A DNA stretch of 64,000 bases from Planctomycetota bacterium. GTDB lineage: Bacteria > Planctomycetota > Brocadiia > JAADGH01. This document shows, one piece after another, positions 8,981 to 18,126 of the stretch (within the stretch, counting starts at the first letter, position 1; every line of letters starts with the position of its first letter). A model generated the notes under the pieces. It had not been told where the DNA came from. It worked only from the letters and a program-made list of their open reading frames with translations, and did no database searches. The position numbers and the translations under genes were made by a program. Location: assembly GCA_040755855.1 (NCBI GenBank), contig JBFMAD010000006.1, positions 154,437-218,436 on the forward strand. Reading direction: 5' to 3'.

Positions 8981-10906
8981 CTACTTCTGATATACGCGGT
9001 ACTCGGAGGCCCGGAATTGTTTTTCGTATGCCCGGCGGCTCTCAACTTCCTTGTCGAGTTCCTCCTCCATGTCACGCCGGATACGGTCCTTCAGGAAGAG
9101 AGGCTTGCCCACGCGGTTTTCGTTTGCCGAGGTGATTTGCTCGGCCACGACCCCCCGAGTTTCCTGGCCGCGATCCACAATGGTGCAGGTGATAAAGATC
9201 AGGAGGTTTTCTTTCCGCTTCTGCGTCTGTTTGTTTTTGAACAGCCAACCGACAATTGGAAGGTCCCCCAAGATGGGCAGTTTGGAGGTAAATTCGACGT
9301 CGCGTTCCTGGATCATGCCGCCCATGACGGCGGTCTGGCCGCTGTCCATCTTTATCCGGGTGATGACGGTGTTGCTCGTGACCTGGGGAAGGCGGATGGT
9401 GTGAACGCCGTCGTTGAATGTCTGGAAGCCGTCCGCATCGGGACCGCTGAGGAATTCCCATTCGGGAATAATCGTAATGATAATCTGATTGGCTTCACGA
9501 ATGACGTGAGGTTTGAGGAGCAATTGGAAGCCGGTCTCCACGGGGGAGTTATCCGCCTCGCGAATGCCGGAGGTGCCGGCGGTGCCCTGGACGGTGGTGG
9601 TGAATGTTTCGGCGAACCGAATGGTCTGGCCGACGAAGATGGTGGCCTCCTGGTTGTCGAGGACGAAGAGTTTGGGGGCCTGGATAATGTTGCTCTTGTC
9701 GTCGTTCTTGACGAAGTTCATGGCGAACCGCATTCGATTGAAGTCGAGTATCCCGATGTTTCCGCTCACAAAGCTGCCGGTCAAGGGGTTGGTGACGGCC
9801 AGGGGGAAGTGCTCGGTCGGCAGGATGCCGACGTCGAAGGTGTCGGCCTTGCCGAACCTGTAGGTGTTGCCGGAGGAATCGGCGCCTCGGCCTGAGCCGA
9901 AGAAGAAGGCAAAGTCGCCGAGGCCGGTCAGGGAGATGCCGGGCGTGTTCACCCCGCCCAGCGTCCAGTCTGCGCCGAAGTCCAGCAAATCTGTATTGGT
10001 GGTGGTGACGAATTTGATGTCGCAGAAAACCTGGAGGGGCTCGATGTCCAGCTGTTTGATAATAGCCTCGATTTCAGCAAGCTTCGGGGGGATATCACTT
10101 ACGATAACAGCGTTGGTGTCGGCGTCGAACTCGACCTTTCCAAAGTCGGAGATGACGCTTTGCAAGGCCTTGAAGAGGGTGAAGTCCCGGTCATATTCCC
10201 CGGTCTTCTGCTTGGGCTTTCCGACGGCGAACTCCGTGTCAATCTGGGCGGTATAGATGCTGGGCGGCTGGATGTAGCGGAGGTGGAAGGCCTTTGTTTC
10301 GAGCTGCTCCACGAGCGAGGCGCGCGTCACGACACGCATGATGCCCATTTCGTCCACGACGGTGACGAATCCGGCGGTCTTGACGACGGTTTGAAGGGCT
10401 TCACGCCAGGGGATATTTTTCAGCCGCATGTTCACCTTGCCCTCCACCTCGGCGGCGACAACGATATTGACGTCGGCCTGGCGGGCGAGCATGTCAATGG
10501 CTGTTTTGATGTCGGCCTCTTGGAAGGTTATCGTCACGCGCGGGGGATTGGCGAGGCGGATGAGATTTTCGGCCTCCTTTTGGACGATGAGATTGCACCG
10601 GCCTGCAATCTCGTTGAGGACCTGATCGTAGTGCACATTTACCAGTCGAAGGGTGAGTCGTTCCTCGACTCCGGGGGCGAGAACGACGTTGACGCCGACC
10701 ATGCGGGAGATGGTGTCCACCACGTTTTCGAGGGGCTCGTCCTTGAAGTCAATGGAGATGCGGCCTGTGACCTTCATGTCCTCATCCCCCTCGAAGCCAG
10801 CGAATCCCTGGGCCGTCGCAGGGCGAGCGGAAAGCAGGGCGCTCCCAACGGCAATCACTCCGATCACATGGACCCACCAGGGCCTTTGACGGCAAAGGAT
10901 GTTCAT
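8981..10906 (-). CDS. pilQ: Type IV pilus secretin PilQ-like
   Basis: Signal peptide, two STN/N0-like repeats, APKLFVLDNQEATIFVG, PILGDLPIVGWLF; last gene of pilMNO cluster. Confidence 0.88.
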   Translation of the reverse strand: MNILCRQRPWWVHVIGVIAVGSALLSARPATAQGFAGFEGDEDMKVTGRISIDFKDEPLENVVDTISRMVGVNVVLAPGVEERLTLRLVNVHYDQVLNEIAGRCNLIVQKEAENLIRLANPPRVTITFQEADIKTAIDMLARQADVNIVVAAEVEGKVNMRLKNIPWREALQTVVKTAGFVTVVDEMGIMRVVTRASLVEQLETKAFHLRYIQPPSIYTAQIDTEFAVGKPKQKTGEYDRDFTLFKALQSVISDFGKVEFDADTNAVIVSDIPPKLAEIEAIIKQLDIEPLQVFCDIKFVTTTNTDLLDFGADWTLGGVNTPGISLTGLGDFAFFFGSGRGADSSGNTYRFGKADTFDVGILPTEHFPLAVTNPLTGSFVSGNIGILDFNRMRFAMNFVKNDDKSNIIQAPKLFVLDNQEATIFVGQTIRFAETFTTTVQGTAGTSGIREADNSPVETGFQLLLKPHVIREANQIIITIIPEWEFLSGPDADGFQTFNDGVHTIRLPQVTSNTVITRIKMDSGQTAVMGGMIQERDVEFTSKLPILGDLPIVGWLFKNKQTQKRKENLLIFITCTIVDRGQETRGVVAEQITSANENRVGKPLFLKDRIRRDMEEELDKEVESRRAYEKQFRASEYRVYQK

Positions 10907-10992
10907 GAAACCAATCCTCCCTATGCAACGGCTTTTTATGTTAAGCCAGGATAGCATACTTGAATCCGCCTAACCATGGCGGATCGAGTCAA

Positions 10993-12294
10993 TTATCCCC
11001 CCACCATCGGCTGCTCGATGTTTTCTCCCTTGTAGTTGAATACAACCGTTTCGGGTGTAATGCTCTTGATGCGGGTTTTTTCATCCACGTAGTCCCCCAG
11101 CCCGACCGTCTTTTCGTTGACGATGGCCACAGGGTTCTGCGGATGCCACCCGATACCCGATATTTTCGGCGGCGACTCAAGGAACTCGAGGCATATCTTG
11201 GCCCGGCGTTCAAAGTCCATTCCGTTTCGCCGGTAGGTGGCGCGCTCTGCGTCCAGTTCCGGCGCGACCGACTTGATGCTCGTCAGGCTATCCTGAAGCT
11301 TGGCGTTCATCTCCGCAATGGCGTTGTAGTCGTTGGCGTTAAAGGTGGCTTCGATCTGGGCAAGATACTCCTTGGCATTGGCGAGGCTGAGCTTGACCTC
11401 GCCGATCTCCGCCTGGCGATTCATGTCGGCGGCGGTTCGGAGGATCTTCTGCTGGCGGCTGCGCAGCGACTCGTCCTCGAATTTCTTGTCGGCCAGGAGG
11501 GCCACCAGCTCGTCATGCTCGGTGTGGACGCTGCTGTAGTTGCGGATGCGGATCAGTTCGCGCATTTTTGCTATCCGCTTCTCGGCGGATTCCAGTTCTT
11601 CTATATGAATCTCCTGGATGTGCACGGCCAAGACTTGGGTGCATTTCTTGATGATCTCGCGCATCCGGTCCTTGTATCGTTCGTCGTCCACCTCGCGGAG
11701 CATGGCCTGGATTCGGCTCTTGACCTCCTGATGGGTGCGGCGGAGGCCATCCAGGTCCTTAGTGCCCGCCTGTCCGCGCATCTCTTGCAGTTTTCCTTCG
11801 GCCCACTGCAATTCACGCTCCCACGTGATGCTTTTTGCATAGTCCTTCATGGCGCGCTTCAGGTTTCCAGCCCGTCGTTTCAGCTCGATGGCATGGACGC
11901 GGAGTTCGTCGTTCTCGCACGGACGGTTCAGTCTCTTGAGGAGCGCCTCGAAGATGGTATTGAACTCTCCGCCCCGCCTGCTGCGGCAGGCCATGGTCAG
12001 ATGCTCCAGATCGCGCTGTCCCTCGTCAATATCCTGAGCGGTGCAAATCTGCTGGGCTTCCGTCCCTTCCTCGGGCGTTTTTTCCGGGCCGAACAGACTG
12101 CTGAAGGGGTCACGCCGAGCGCGTCGCGCGAAGATAAAGAGCGGTTCTTCGAGGATCTCCTTTGCCGCAGCGGCTTCGTCGGCCTTGGCTTTGGCCGCCG
12201 CCTTGGCAGGCGGCGTAGCGGCCTGGCCCTCTTGGAGCAGGATACCTATCCAGAGCATCAGCAACAGTGGAAGCACAATTGCCGCTCTGCTCAT
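10993..12294 (-). CDS. Extended PilP-like protein
   Basis: RRDPF motif, long helical middle, C-terminal ISGIGW..VAIVN...IKSI beta domain; between pilO and pilQ. Confidence 0.6.
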   Translation of the reverse strand: MSRAAIVLPLLLMLWIGILLQEGQAATPPAKAAAKAKADEAAAAKEILEEPLFIFARRARRDPFSSLFGPEKTPEEGTEAQQICTAQDIDEGQRDLEHLTMACRSRRGGEFNTIFEALLKRLNRPCENDELRVHAIELKRRAGNLKRAMKDYAKSITWERELQWAEGKLQEMRGQAGTKDLDGLRRTHQEVKSRIQAMLREVDDERYKDRMREIIKKCTQVLAVHIQEIHIEELESAEKRIAKMRELIRIRNYSSVHTEHDELVALLADKKFEDESLRSRQQKILRTAADMNRQAEIGEVKLSLANAKEYLAQIEATFNANDYNAIAEMNAKLQDSLTSIKSVAPELDAERATYRRNGMDFERRAKICLEFLESPPKISGIGWHPQNPVAIVNEKTVGLGDYVDEKTRIKSITPETVVFNYKGENIEQPMVGG

Positions 12295-12854
12295 GGCTTC
12301 CCTTTCCCGCGTTCGTAGGTGTACGTGCTAAAGCGCAGTTCCACGTTGAGCATCGTACCTTCTTTTGGTTTCATGGTGAAACTCTCGACGCTCATGAATC
12401 GTTTGTAGCGTTCGAGAAGATTGATGAACTTGGCGATGTTGAAGAACGGGCCTATGAGTTTCGCTTGCCGCGTGTGTTTCTCGAAGTTCTGGCTCCCGCC
12501 TCTTCCTCGCCGCGCCTCCTGCATGATGCGGAAGCTGGTCAGTTCGATCTCGGCTTCTTTCTTGAGGTCGCTCAGCGTGTCCAGGAGAGTTTCCACTTCC
12601 CGCCCGTCGGGCAGAATCCTGACGTATTCTTCGACGGCGTTGGTCAGCGCATAGCGCTTCTCGCGGAGGGCCGGGATTTCCTTGATTCGCTCCTGGGCCT
12701 TTACGATCTTCTGCCGGTAGTTGGTGATCTCGGTCCGCGCCGCCTGGATTTGCGACTGGGCGCTGTAAATCATGTAGAGCAGGACAGCCACTACCAGTAT
12801 GCCAATGGCGGCGGCCACCATAAGTTTTTGCTGTTCTGTCAGTTCGCGTGCCAT
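12291..12854 (-). CDS. pilO: Type IV pilus assembly protein PilO
   Basis: N-terminal TM, coiled coil, LPDGREV..LL, G.F.NIAKFI..LE; synteny. Confidence 0.85.
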   Translation of the reverse strand: MARELTEQQKLMVAAAIGILVVAVLLYMIYSAQSQIQAARTEITNYRQKIVKAQERIKEIPALREKRYALTNAVEEYVRILPDGREVETLLDTLSDLKKEAEIELTSFRIMQEARRGRGGSQNFEKHTRQAKLIGPFFNIAKFINLLERYKRFMSVESFTMKPKEGTMLNVELRFSTYTYERGKGKP

Positions 12855-12858
12855 TATG

Positions 12859-13539
12859 TTATTCTCCGGCCGGGGCTTCTCGCGGCGGCTTCGGCTTGGC
12901 TGCTGCGCTGGCTGCGCCGGGGGCGCCGGCTGCGCCCTCTTTTTTCGCCCCTTTGGCCCACAAGACCAGCACGGCCTTGAATTTCAGCACAGGCTGGTCA
13001 TCCACGTACTCCAACGAGAAGGGCCACTCCGGCATCTCATTGATGTCTTCCCACAGCGGGCTGCTGATGATTTTTCGGCGGAACTTTGCGATGTTGCGTT
13101 CATCCGTGCCGCCCGACAGACAATCCATCTCGAGGGTCGGTCCCAACTCCTGTGTCTTGCGCCGCGACTGCGTCTCGCGTATGCCGAGAGACTCCACCTG
13201 AATATACGGTGGGATCAGGTCAACAAGTTGGTCCAGTTTCTTGGCCCATAGCCAACGGGCTTTGCGGATCTCCAGGATTGTCTTCTCGCGCACCTCAAAG
13301 TCCTTGATTTCTTTCTCCAGATCGTCAGCCTCCTTTGCGCGCGCCATGAGGCCCTGCATCTCCTCTTTTGCGCGGTCCCTTTCCAGGAGGACCATGGGGA
13401 GCACGTTGAAGCGATAGTAGATCATAATCAACCCGACCGACAGGATAACCACGAGAGAGGCCAGAAGCGCCAATAGCTTGGGCCAGGGGGTCGGCTCGCT
13501 CCGCCGGAGTTCCTTCGGCAATAGGTTGATCTGGATCAT
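12859..13539 (-). CDS. pilN: Type IV pilus assembly protein PilN
   Basis: MIQINLLP signature, TM, coiled coil. Confidence 0.88.
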   Translation of the reverse strand: MIQINLLPKELRRSEPTPWPKLLALLASLVVILSVGLIMIYYRFNVLPMVLLERDRAKEEMQGLMARAKEADDLEKEIKDFEVREKTILEIRKARWLWAKKLDQLVDLIPPYIQVESLGIRETQSRRKTQELGPTLEMDCLSGGTDERNIAKFRRKIISSPLWEDINEMPEWPFSLEYVDDQPVLKFKAVLVLWAKGAKKEGAAGAPGAASAAAKPKPPREAPAGE

Positions 13540-13542
13540 GGC

Positions 13543-14571
13543 TCAGCCCATTCCCGCTCGTGCAGCCAATCCCACGGCCACGGCAAGCCGTGAGCAATTC
13601 TTCTTTACCTCGTCCACATTGACGTGCTCCAGCGAAAACTGAAGACGCTCGGTGGGATCCCATCGCTGGGTCTTCACGTCGAAAATCCTCTCGAGAAAAC
13701 GTTCAAGCCCCGGGAGTTGACAGCCGCCGCCGGACACATAGGCCTCGTCCACGGGCCTGTCGAACTGGCTCTCGTAGTAGTCGAAGGAGAGACGCACCTC
13801 ATTGCCCAGATCGTCGAGCGCGGTGGCTATCAGTTCGATGACCTCGTCCACCTTGTCGCCGGGGTTTTCAAAGAGGGCGTCCACCTCCGCATCGCTCAGG
13901 TTCATCCCCTTGCCCACCGCTTCCAGGAACTCGTTCCCGGCGATGTAAATCTCGCGGGCGAACTGTGATACGTTTCCCCGCATGATATTGATGCTTGTCT
14001 TGTTCGCGCCGATGTCTACCAGGGCGTGAACCTTATCGGGGGGCAGGGCCCCGGGGCCCATGAGTTTATTCAGTTCGAAAGCGTTGCCGATGGCGAATAT
14101 ATCCACATCTATAATTGCGGGTGTCAGCCCCGCCGATGTGATCAGCGCCACATGCTCATCTATCTCGCTTCGTTTGACGGCAACGAGGATTACCTTCATC
14201 TCCTTGGATTCCGGCAGGCGCTGGACAAGTTGGTAGTCGAGGACCACCTTGTCTGCCTCAAAGGGAATGTACTTGTCGGCCTCGAACCGAATGCGATTGG
14301 CCAGCTCGTGGTCGGGCATATCTTCGAGGGTAAGGTATCGGTTAATCACGGAACGCCCCGATACGCTGGAGGCTACCAGGCCCGAAAAATGGCGCTGCTG
14401 AGCGAGTTGGCGCAGGGCGTTGGCGCGCTCCTCCGGCGCCGCGATACGCGCCTCCCCATACCCGGTCACAACCAAGGCGCCGGCCCTTGACGTAACCTCG
14501 ATGGCCTTGATCGAGTGGCTCCCGATATCCAAGCCAATCATACTACGGGTTTTGCCGAAAAGGGATAACAT
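13543..14571 (-). CDS. pilM: Type IV pilus assembly protein PilM
   Basis: IGLDIGSHSIK, EADKYIPF, LVDIGA, SGGG, AVAVGLA (actin-like fold). Confidence 0.93.
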   Translation of the reverse strand: MLSLFGKTRSMIGLDIGSHSIKAIEVTSRAGALVVTGYGEARIAAPEERANALRQLAQQRHFSGLVASSVSGRSVINRYLTLEDMPDHELANRIRFEADKYIPFEADKVVLDYQLVQRLPESKEMKVILVAVKRSEIDEHVALITSAGLTPAIIDVDIFAIGNAFELNKLMGPGALPPDKVHALVDIGANKTSINIMRGNVSQFAREIYIAGNEFLEAVGKGMNLSDAEVDALFENPGDKVDEVIELIATALDDLGNEVRLSFDYYESQFDRPVDEAYVSGGGCQLPGLERFLERIFDVKTQRWDPTERLQFSLEHVNVDEVKKNCSRLAVAVGLAARAGMG

Positions 14572-14663
14572 AAAGCAGCTCCTTGGCTGTTCACCAAGCT
14601 GCCGTCAGAACGAGATCGGGAAACCAATCCTCGTCCTGCCAGCATCCGACCCCACGCCCCCAA

Positions 14664-14692
14664 AGGTTATCGTACCGACATCCATAAGTCAA
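14664..14692 (-). promoter_or_regulatory. Possible second pilM promoter downstream of the riboswitch terminator
   Basis: TTGACT-N17-TAACCT. Confidence 0.35.
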
Positions 14693-14712
14693 GACTATTT
14701 CTGGACTTGTCC

Positions 14713-14749
14713 AAAAAAAACCCGTTCGGTTTAAATGCCTCCGAACGGG
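14713..14749 (-). terminator. Intrinsic terminator (riboswitch expression platform)
   Basis: CCCGTTCGG-N11-CCGAACGGG followed by T8. Confidence 0.88.
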
Positions 14750-14764
14750 CCGCTCCTCTTGCTT

Positions 14765-14920
14765 CTCCTTTCGGCAACCTGTCAACCATGCCGGCCCTTT
14801 GAACCCACAACCCCCTGTATTCCAAGGCATTGCGCCAGGCGCGGCTTCTCCGCGCCCAAGGTCGGTTTAGGTCAGTGGCTTTGCGTCCTGTCCTTTCGAA
14901 CAGTTTGCCCGTTCGTGGAG
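14765..14920 (-). ncRNA. Cyclic di-GMP-I (GEMM-I) riboswitch aptamer with enlarged P3
   Basis: GGGCAAACTGTTC-GAAA-GGACAG-GACGCAAAGCC..CCTAA...CATGG..GGTTGCCG: GAAA tetraloop and receptor, GCAAA motifs; upstream of pilM. Confidence 0.88.
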
Positions 14921-15007
14921 TTTCTCATTATTAACAGTACTTCCTGACCTCGTTTCCCAATGATGAGCAGACAAGATGCGATCGAGTGACATGGCAAATG
15001 TAAACAC

Positions 15008-15036
15008 ATTATACAACACAGAATCTGATTTGTCAA
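15008..15036 (-). promoter_or_regulatory. Consensus sigma70 promoter of riboswitch/pil operon
   Basis: TTGACA-N17-TATAAT. Confidence 0.85.
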
Positions 15037-15071
15037 GTTTTCCTGATGAGCAATTCTGCGCCGAATTACCC

Positions 15072-16811
15072 TCACATTTCGTGCTCCGGAAAGACACGGC
15101 GGGCCTCCTCCCGGAGAAACCGGAGGATTTCCCTGGCCTCGGTGATCGCAAGGGCCTTTTGGGCGATGGCCTTGGCTTCTTCATGGGTGATGGAACGAAT
15201 CACCTTCTTCAGATCAGGGATCATGGCCGGCGTCACACTGAACTCGGTAAGTCCCATACCCACCAGAAGGATGATATAGTCAATTTCACCCCCCATTTCG
15301 CCGCAAATCGCCACCGGTATATCGTGGCGCTCGCCGGCGTCAATCACGTGCTGGATCAGTCGCAATACGGCGGGGTGGCCGGGCGAGTAGAGCTGGGCCA
15401 CGGTTTGGTTGTTTCGGTCCACCGCCAGGGTGTACTGGATGAGGTCGTTCGTCCCGATGCTGAAGAAGTCGGTCTCCTTGGCGAGGGCGTCTGCGGTGAG
15501 CGCCGCGGAAGGCACCTCGATCATGATGCCGACTTTGATCTTTTCATTGAAGGCGATCCCGTCGGTGCGCATCTCGGTCATCACATCCTGCAACACCGCT
15601 TTGGCCTCGCGCATCTCTTCCAGCGAGGTGACCAGAGGAAACATCAGAGAGACATCCCCCAGCACCGACGCCCTGAGAATGGCCGACAATTGACATCGGA
15701 ACATCTCCATGTGCCGCAGGCAGAAGCGGAGCGACCGACAGCCGAGGAAGGGGTTTTTTTCCTGCATGCCCGACCAAAGTTTGTCCGCCCCCAGGTCCAC
15801 AGTCCGGATGATGGCGGGCCGCCCGCCGAGTTCCTTGATGGTCTGGGCATATGCCTCGTATTGCTCTCGCTCGGTCGGGGGCTTTTTCGCCCCGACGTAG
15901 AGGAATTCGGTCCGGTAAAGCCCGATTCCCTCGGCCCCCAACTCGACGGCCATCTTGACCTCGGATGGAAATTCGATATTGGCAAGGAGCGTGACGCGCC
16001 GACCATCCAACGTCTCGGCCGGCAGGTTGTGAAGCTCCTCGGCAAGTCGGGTCTCAAACAGATGGATGCTGCGGCCCCTCTCCTCATAGCGCTTGATGGT
16101 CTCCGTGTCAGGCTCGATCACCACAGCGCCCTGGTGTCCGTCAATGATGACGGTATCTCCCCCGGACACCTCGTTTGCCACGGTGCCCAGTCCGACCACG
16201 GCGGGGATTTTCAAGGCGCGCGCGACGATCGCGGAGTGGGACGTCTTCCCGCCCGCGTTGGTGGCAAAGCCGAGAATTTTCTTCGGGTCGAATGAGGCCG
16301 TCTGCGACGGCGTCAGATCATGGGCGATGACTATAACCGGCTCATCGAGATGGCTCAGGTCTTCCTGCTTCTGCCCCAGCAGGGCGCGCAGGAGGCGGTG
16401 TTCGACATCGTCAATATCCGTCACGCGCTGGGCCAGGTAATCATCCTTCGCCTCACGAAGAAACAGCCGATGGTAGGTTCGGAGGGTTCTCGCCACGGCA
16501 TGTTCCGGGGTGCACAAACGGTCGGCGATGAGTTCGCAAATCTGAACCTTGAGCCGCTCGTCCTGGAGGATGCGCTTGTGGACGCCGAAGATCTCCTGAT
16601 AGTCCGGCCCGATTTTTTCGGCGACGGCGATTTCGGTCTCTTCAATCTCCCTGCGGGCCGAGTCGAGGGCCTTTTGGAAGCGATCAAGTTCGTGCTGGAT
16701 TTCGTCGTGGTCAATGTAGCGGCGGCGGATGCGCACGCCTTCCGAGTCGAGGACAAAGGCGCGGCCGATGGCCACCCCCGGCGACGCCGCAACTCCCTCC
16801 ATTTTCAGCAT
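15072..16811 (-). CDS. ptsI: PTS enzyme I
   Basis: GGKTSHSAIVAR phospho-His, GLYRTEF, NPFLGCR, MIEVP, FSIGTNDL, ICGE. Confidence 0.96.
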   Translation of the reverse strand: MLKMEGVAASPGVAIGRAFVLDSEGVRIRRRYIDHDEIQHELDRFQKALDSARREIEETEIAVAEKIGPDYQEIFGVHKRILQDERLKVQICELIADRLCTPEHAVARTLRTYHRLFLREAKDDYLAQRVTDIDDVEHRLLRALLGQKQEDLSHLDEPVIVIAHDLTPSQTASFDPKKILGFATNAGGKTSHSAIVARALKIPAVVGLGTVANEVSGGDTVIIDGHQGAVVIEPDTETIKRYEERGRSIHLFETRLAEELHNLPAETLDGRRVTLLANIEFPSEVKMAVELGAEGIGLYRTEFLYVGAKKPPTEREQYEAYAQTIKELGGRPAIIRTVDLGADKLWSGMQEKNPFLGCRSLRFCLRHMEMFRCQLSAILRASVLGDVSLMFPLVTSLEEMREAKAVLQDVMTEMRTDGIAFNEKIKVGIMIEVPSAALTADALAKETDFFSIGTNDLIQYTLAVDRNNQTVAQLYSPGHPAVLRLIQHVIDAGERHDIPVAICGEMGGEIDYIILLVGMGLTEFSVTPAMIPDLKKVIRSITHEEAKAIAQKALAITEAREILRFLREEARRVFPEHEM

Positions 16812-16817
16812 GAGCGC

Positions 16818-17129
16818 TCACTCCTCGTCGAACTTGCCTTCAACCAGGTTGACCAAGGAGTAAATGGCGTCTCTGGCATCGGCACCTGTGGCGCACAGCA
16901 CGATGGGTGTGCCCGTCGTGGCAGCGAGTGTCATGACCTCCATGATGCTCTTCCCATCCACTTCCTTTTGTCCCTTGCGTATGCGGATGTCGGCGCTGAA
17001 GCGATTGGCGACATCCACAAGCCGACCGGCCGCGCGGAGGTGAAGACCGAGTTTGTTCGTAATCATCACCTCGCGTTCAATTGACGAGGAGGATAGGTCT
17101 TTCGGGTTTGTGGGGTTCGCCATCGTCAT
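16818..17129 (-). CDS. ptsH: HPr phosphocarrier
   Basis: NKLGLHLRAA (His15), DGKSIM (Ser46). Confidence 0.92.
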   Translation of the reverse strand: MTMANPTNPKDLSSSSIEREVMITNKLGLHLRAAGRLVDVANRFSADIRIRKGQKEVDGKSIMEVMTLAATTGTPIVLCATGADARDAIYSLVNLVEGKFDEE

Positions 17130-17138
17130 GCTGTGGGG

Positions 17139-17609
17139 TCAGTCGGATTTCTGGTCCGCCTCGCGCAGAAGGTCCACAATTTCCTTCCCCTTTTCCGCCG
17201 TCAGGAGAAAGCGACAAAAGTCGCTGTCGTTCAGCAACGAAAAGATATATTCCAACGCCTTGATGTGCGGCCCTGTCGAATCCGGCGGCGACACCAGGAG
17301 AAAGATGATGTGAACCGGCTTTCCATCCAGGGCGCTGAACTCCACTCCATCGAGAGATCGGCCTATCGTCCCCCTCAGCTTGTCCACGCAGGGGTGCTTG
17401 CTGTGGGGCACGGCCACGCCCTTTCCGATCCCCGTGCTGCCGATTTCCTCCCGCTTCATGATCGTCCGAACGAGTCCATCCACATCCCCCTCTGCAATCG
17501 CCCCCGCCTCGGCCATGGCGGCGACGAGCTCACGAATGGCGCCCCGCTTGTCCACCGCCTTTAGGTCTGGGCAAATCGCTTTCTCGACGATGAAGTCCTT
17601 CAGTTTCAT
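17139..17609 (-). CDS. PTS IIA component (PtsN/Fru-type)
   Basis: REEIGSTGIGKGVAVPH, DGKPVHIIFLL. Confidence 0.92.
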   Translation of the reverse strand: MKLKDFIVEKAICPDLKAVDKRGAIRELVAAMAEAGAIAEGDVDGLVRTIMKREEIGSTGIGKGVAVPHSKHPCVDKLRGTIGRSLDGVEFSALDGKPVHIIFLLVSPPDSTGPHIKALEYIFSLLNDSDFCRFLLTAEKGKEIVDLLREADQKSD

Positions 17610-17626
17610 TCGTTCTCCCGCAGAGC

Positions 17627-17938
17627 TTAACCTCGTTTGGAAGCAACGCGTCGGTCTTTCCGCCGCTCCTTATGTTTTTTCAACTGCCGTTCCAGTTTTG
17701 CGGCTGCGAGATCCAGCGCGGCATACATATCCGGCGCATCCACTTCCGTGATTAGCGTGCTTCCCTTGCCGACGTGAACGACGGCCTCCGCCGTGTGGCG
17801 CGTCCCCTCCACCCAGATCGCGAGTTTGACGTGATCTATCTTGAGGGAGAGCCTATCCAGTTTCTGGAACCGCGCCAAGGCGTGTTCCCGAATCCCGTCC
17901 GTGACATCCATATGCCGCCCGGAAATCGTGATTTTCAA
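17627..17938 (-). CDS. hpf: Ribosome hibernation promoting factor
   Basis: KITISGRHMDVT...DMYAALD....KLERQLKKHK; TTG start after GGGAGG. Confidence 0.9.
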   Translation of the reverse strand: MKITISGRHMDVTDGIREHALARFQKLDRLSLKIDHVKLAIWVEGTRHTAEAVVHVGKGSTLITEVDAPDMYAALDLAAAKLERQLKKHKERRKDRRVASKRG

Positions 17939-18015
17939 GCGTAACCTCCCTGAATGGAACCCGCGGGCCTGCTTGTTAGGCTGGTTTCGGTTTCGCGCCC
18001 ACACAGTAAAAGCCT

Positions 18016-18044
18016 ATGATACCATTTGACTCCCGTTGTGTCAA
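18016..18044 (-). promoter_or_regulatory. Sigma70-type promoter of hpf-PTS operon
   Basis: TTGACA-N17-TATCAT. Confidence 0.7.
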
Positions 18045-18126
18045 TTTCATTTCTTTTTAATCCTATCGGGGAAATTCAGATGGGCGTCCAAACAAAATCG
18101 TATCCGAAAAGATCTGTGGCGGCCAA

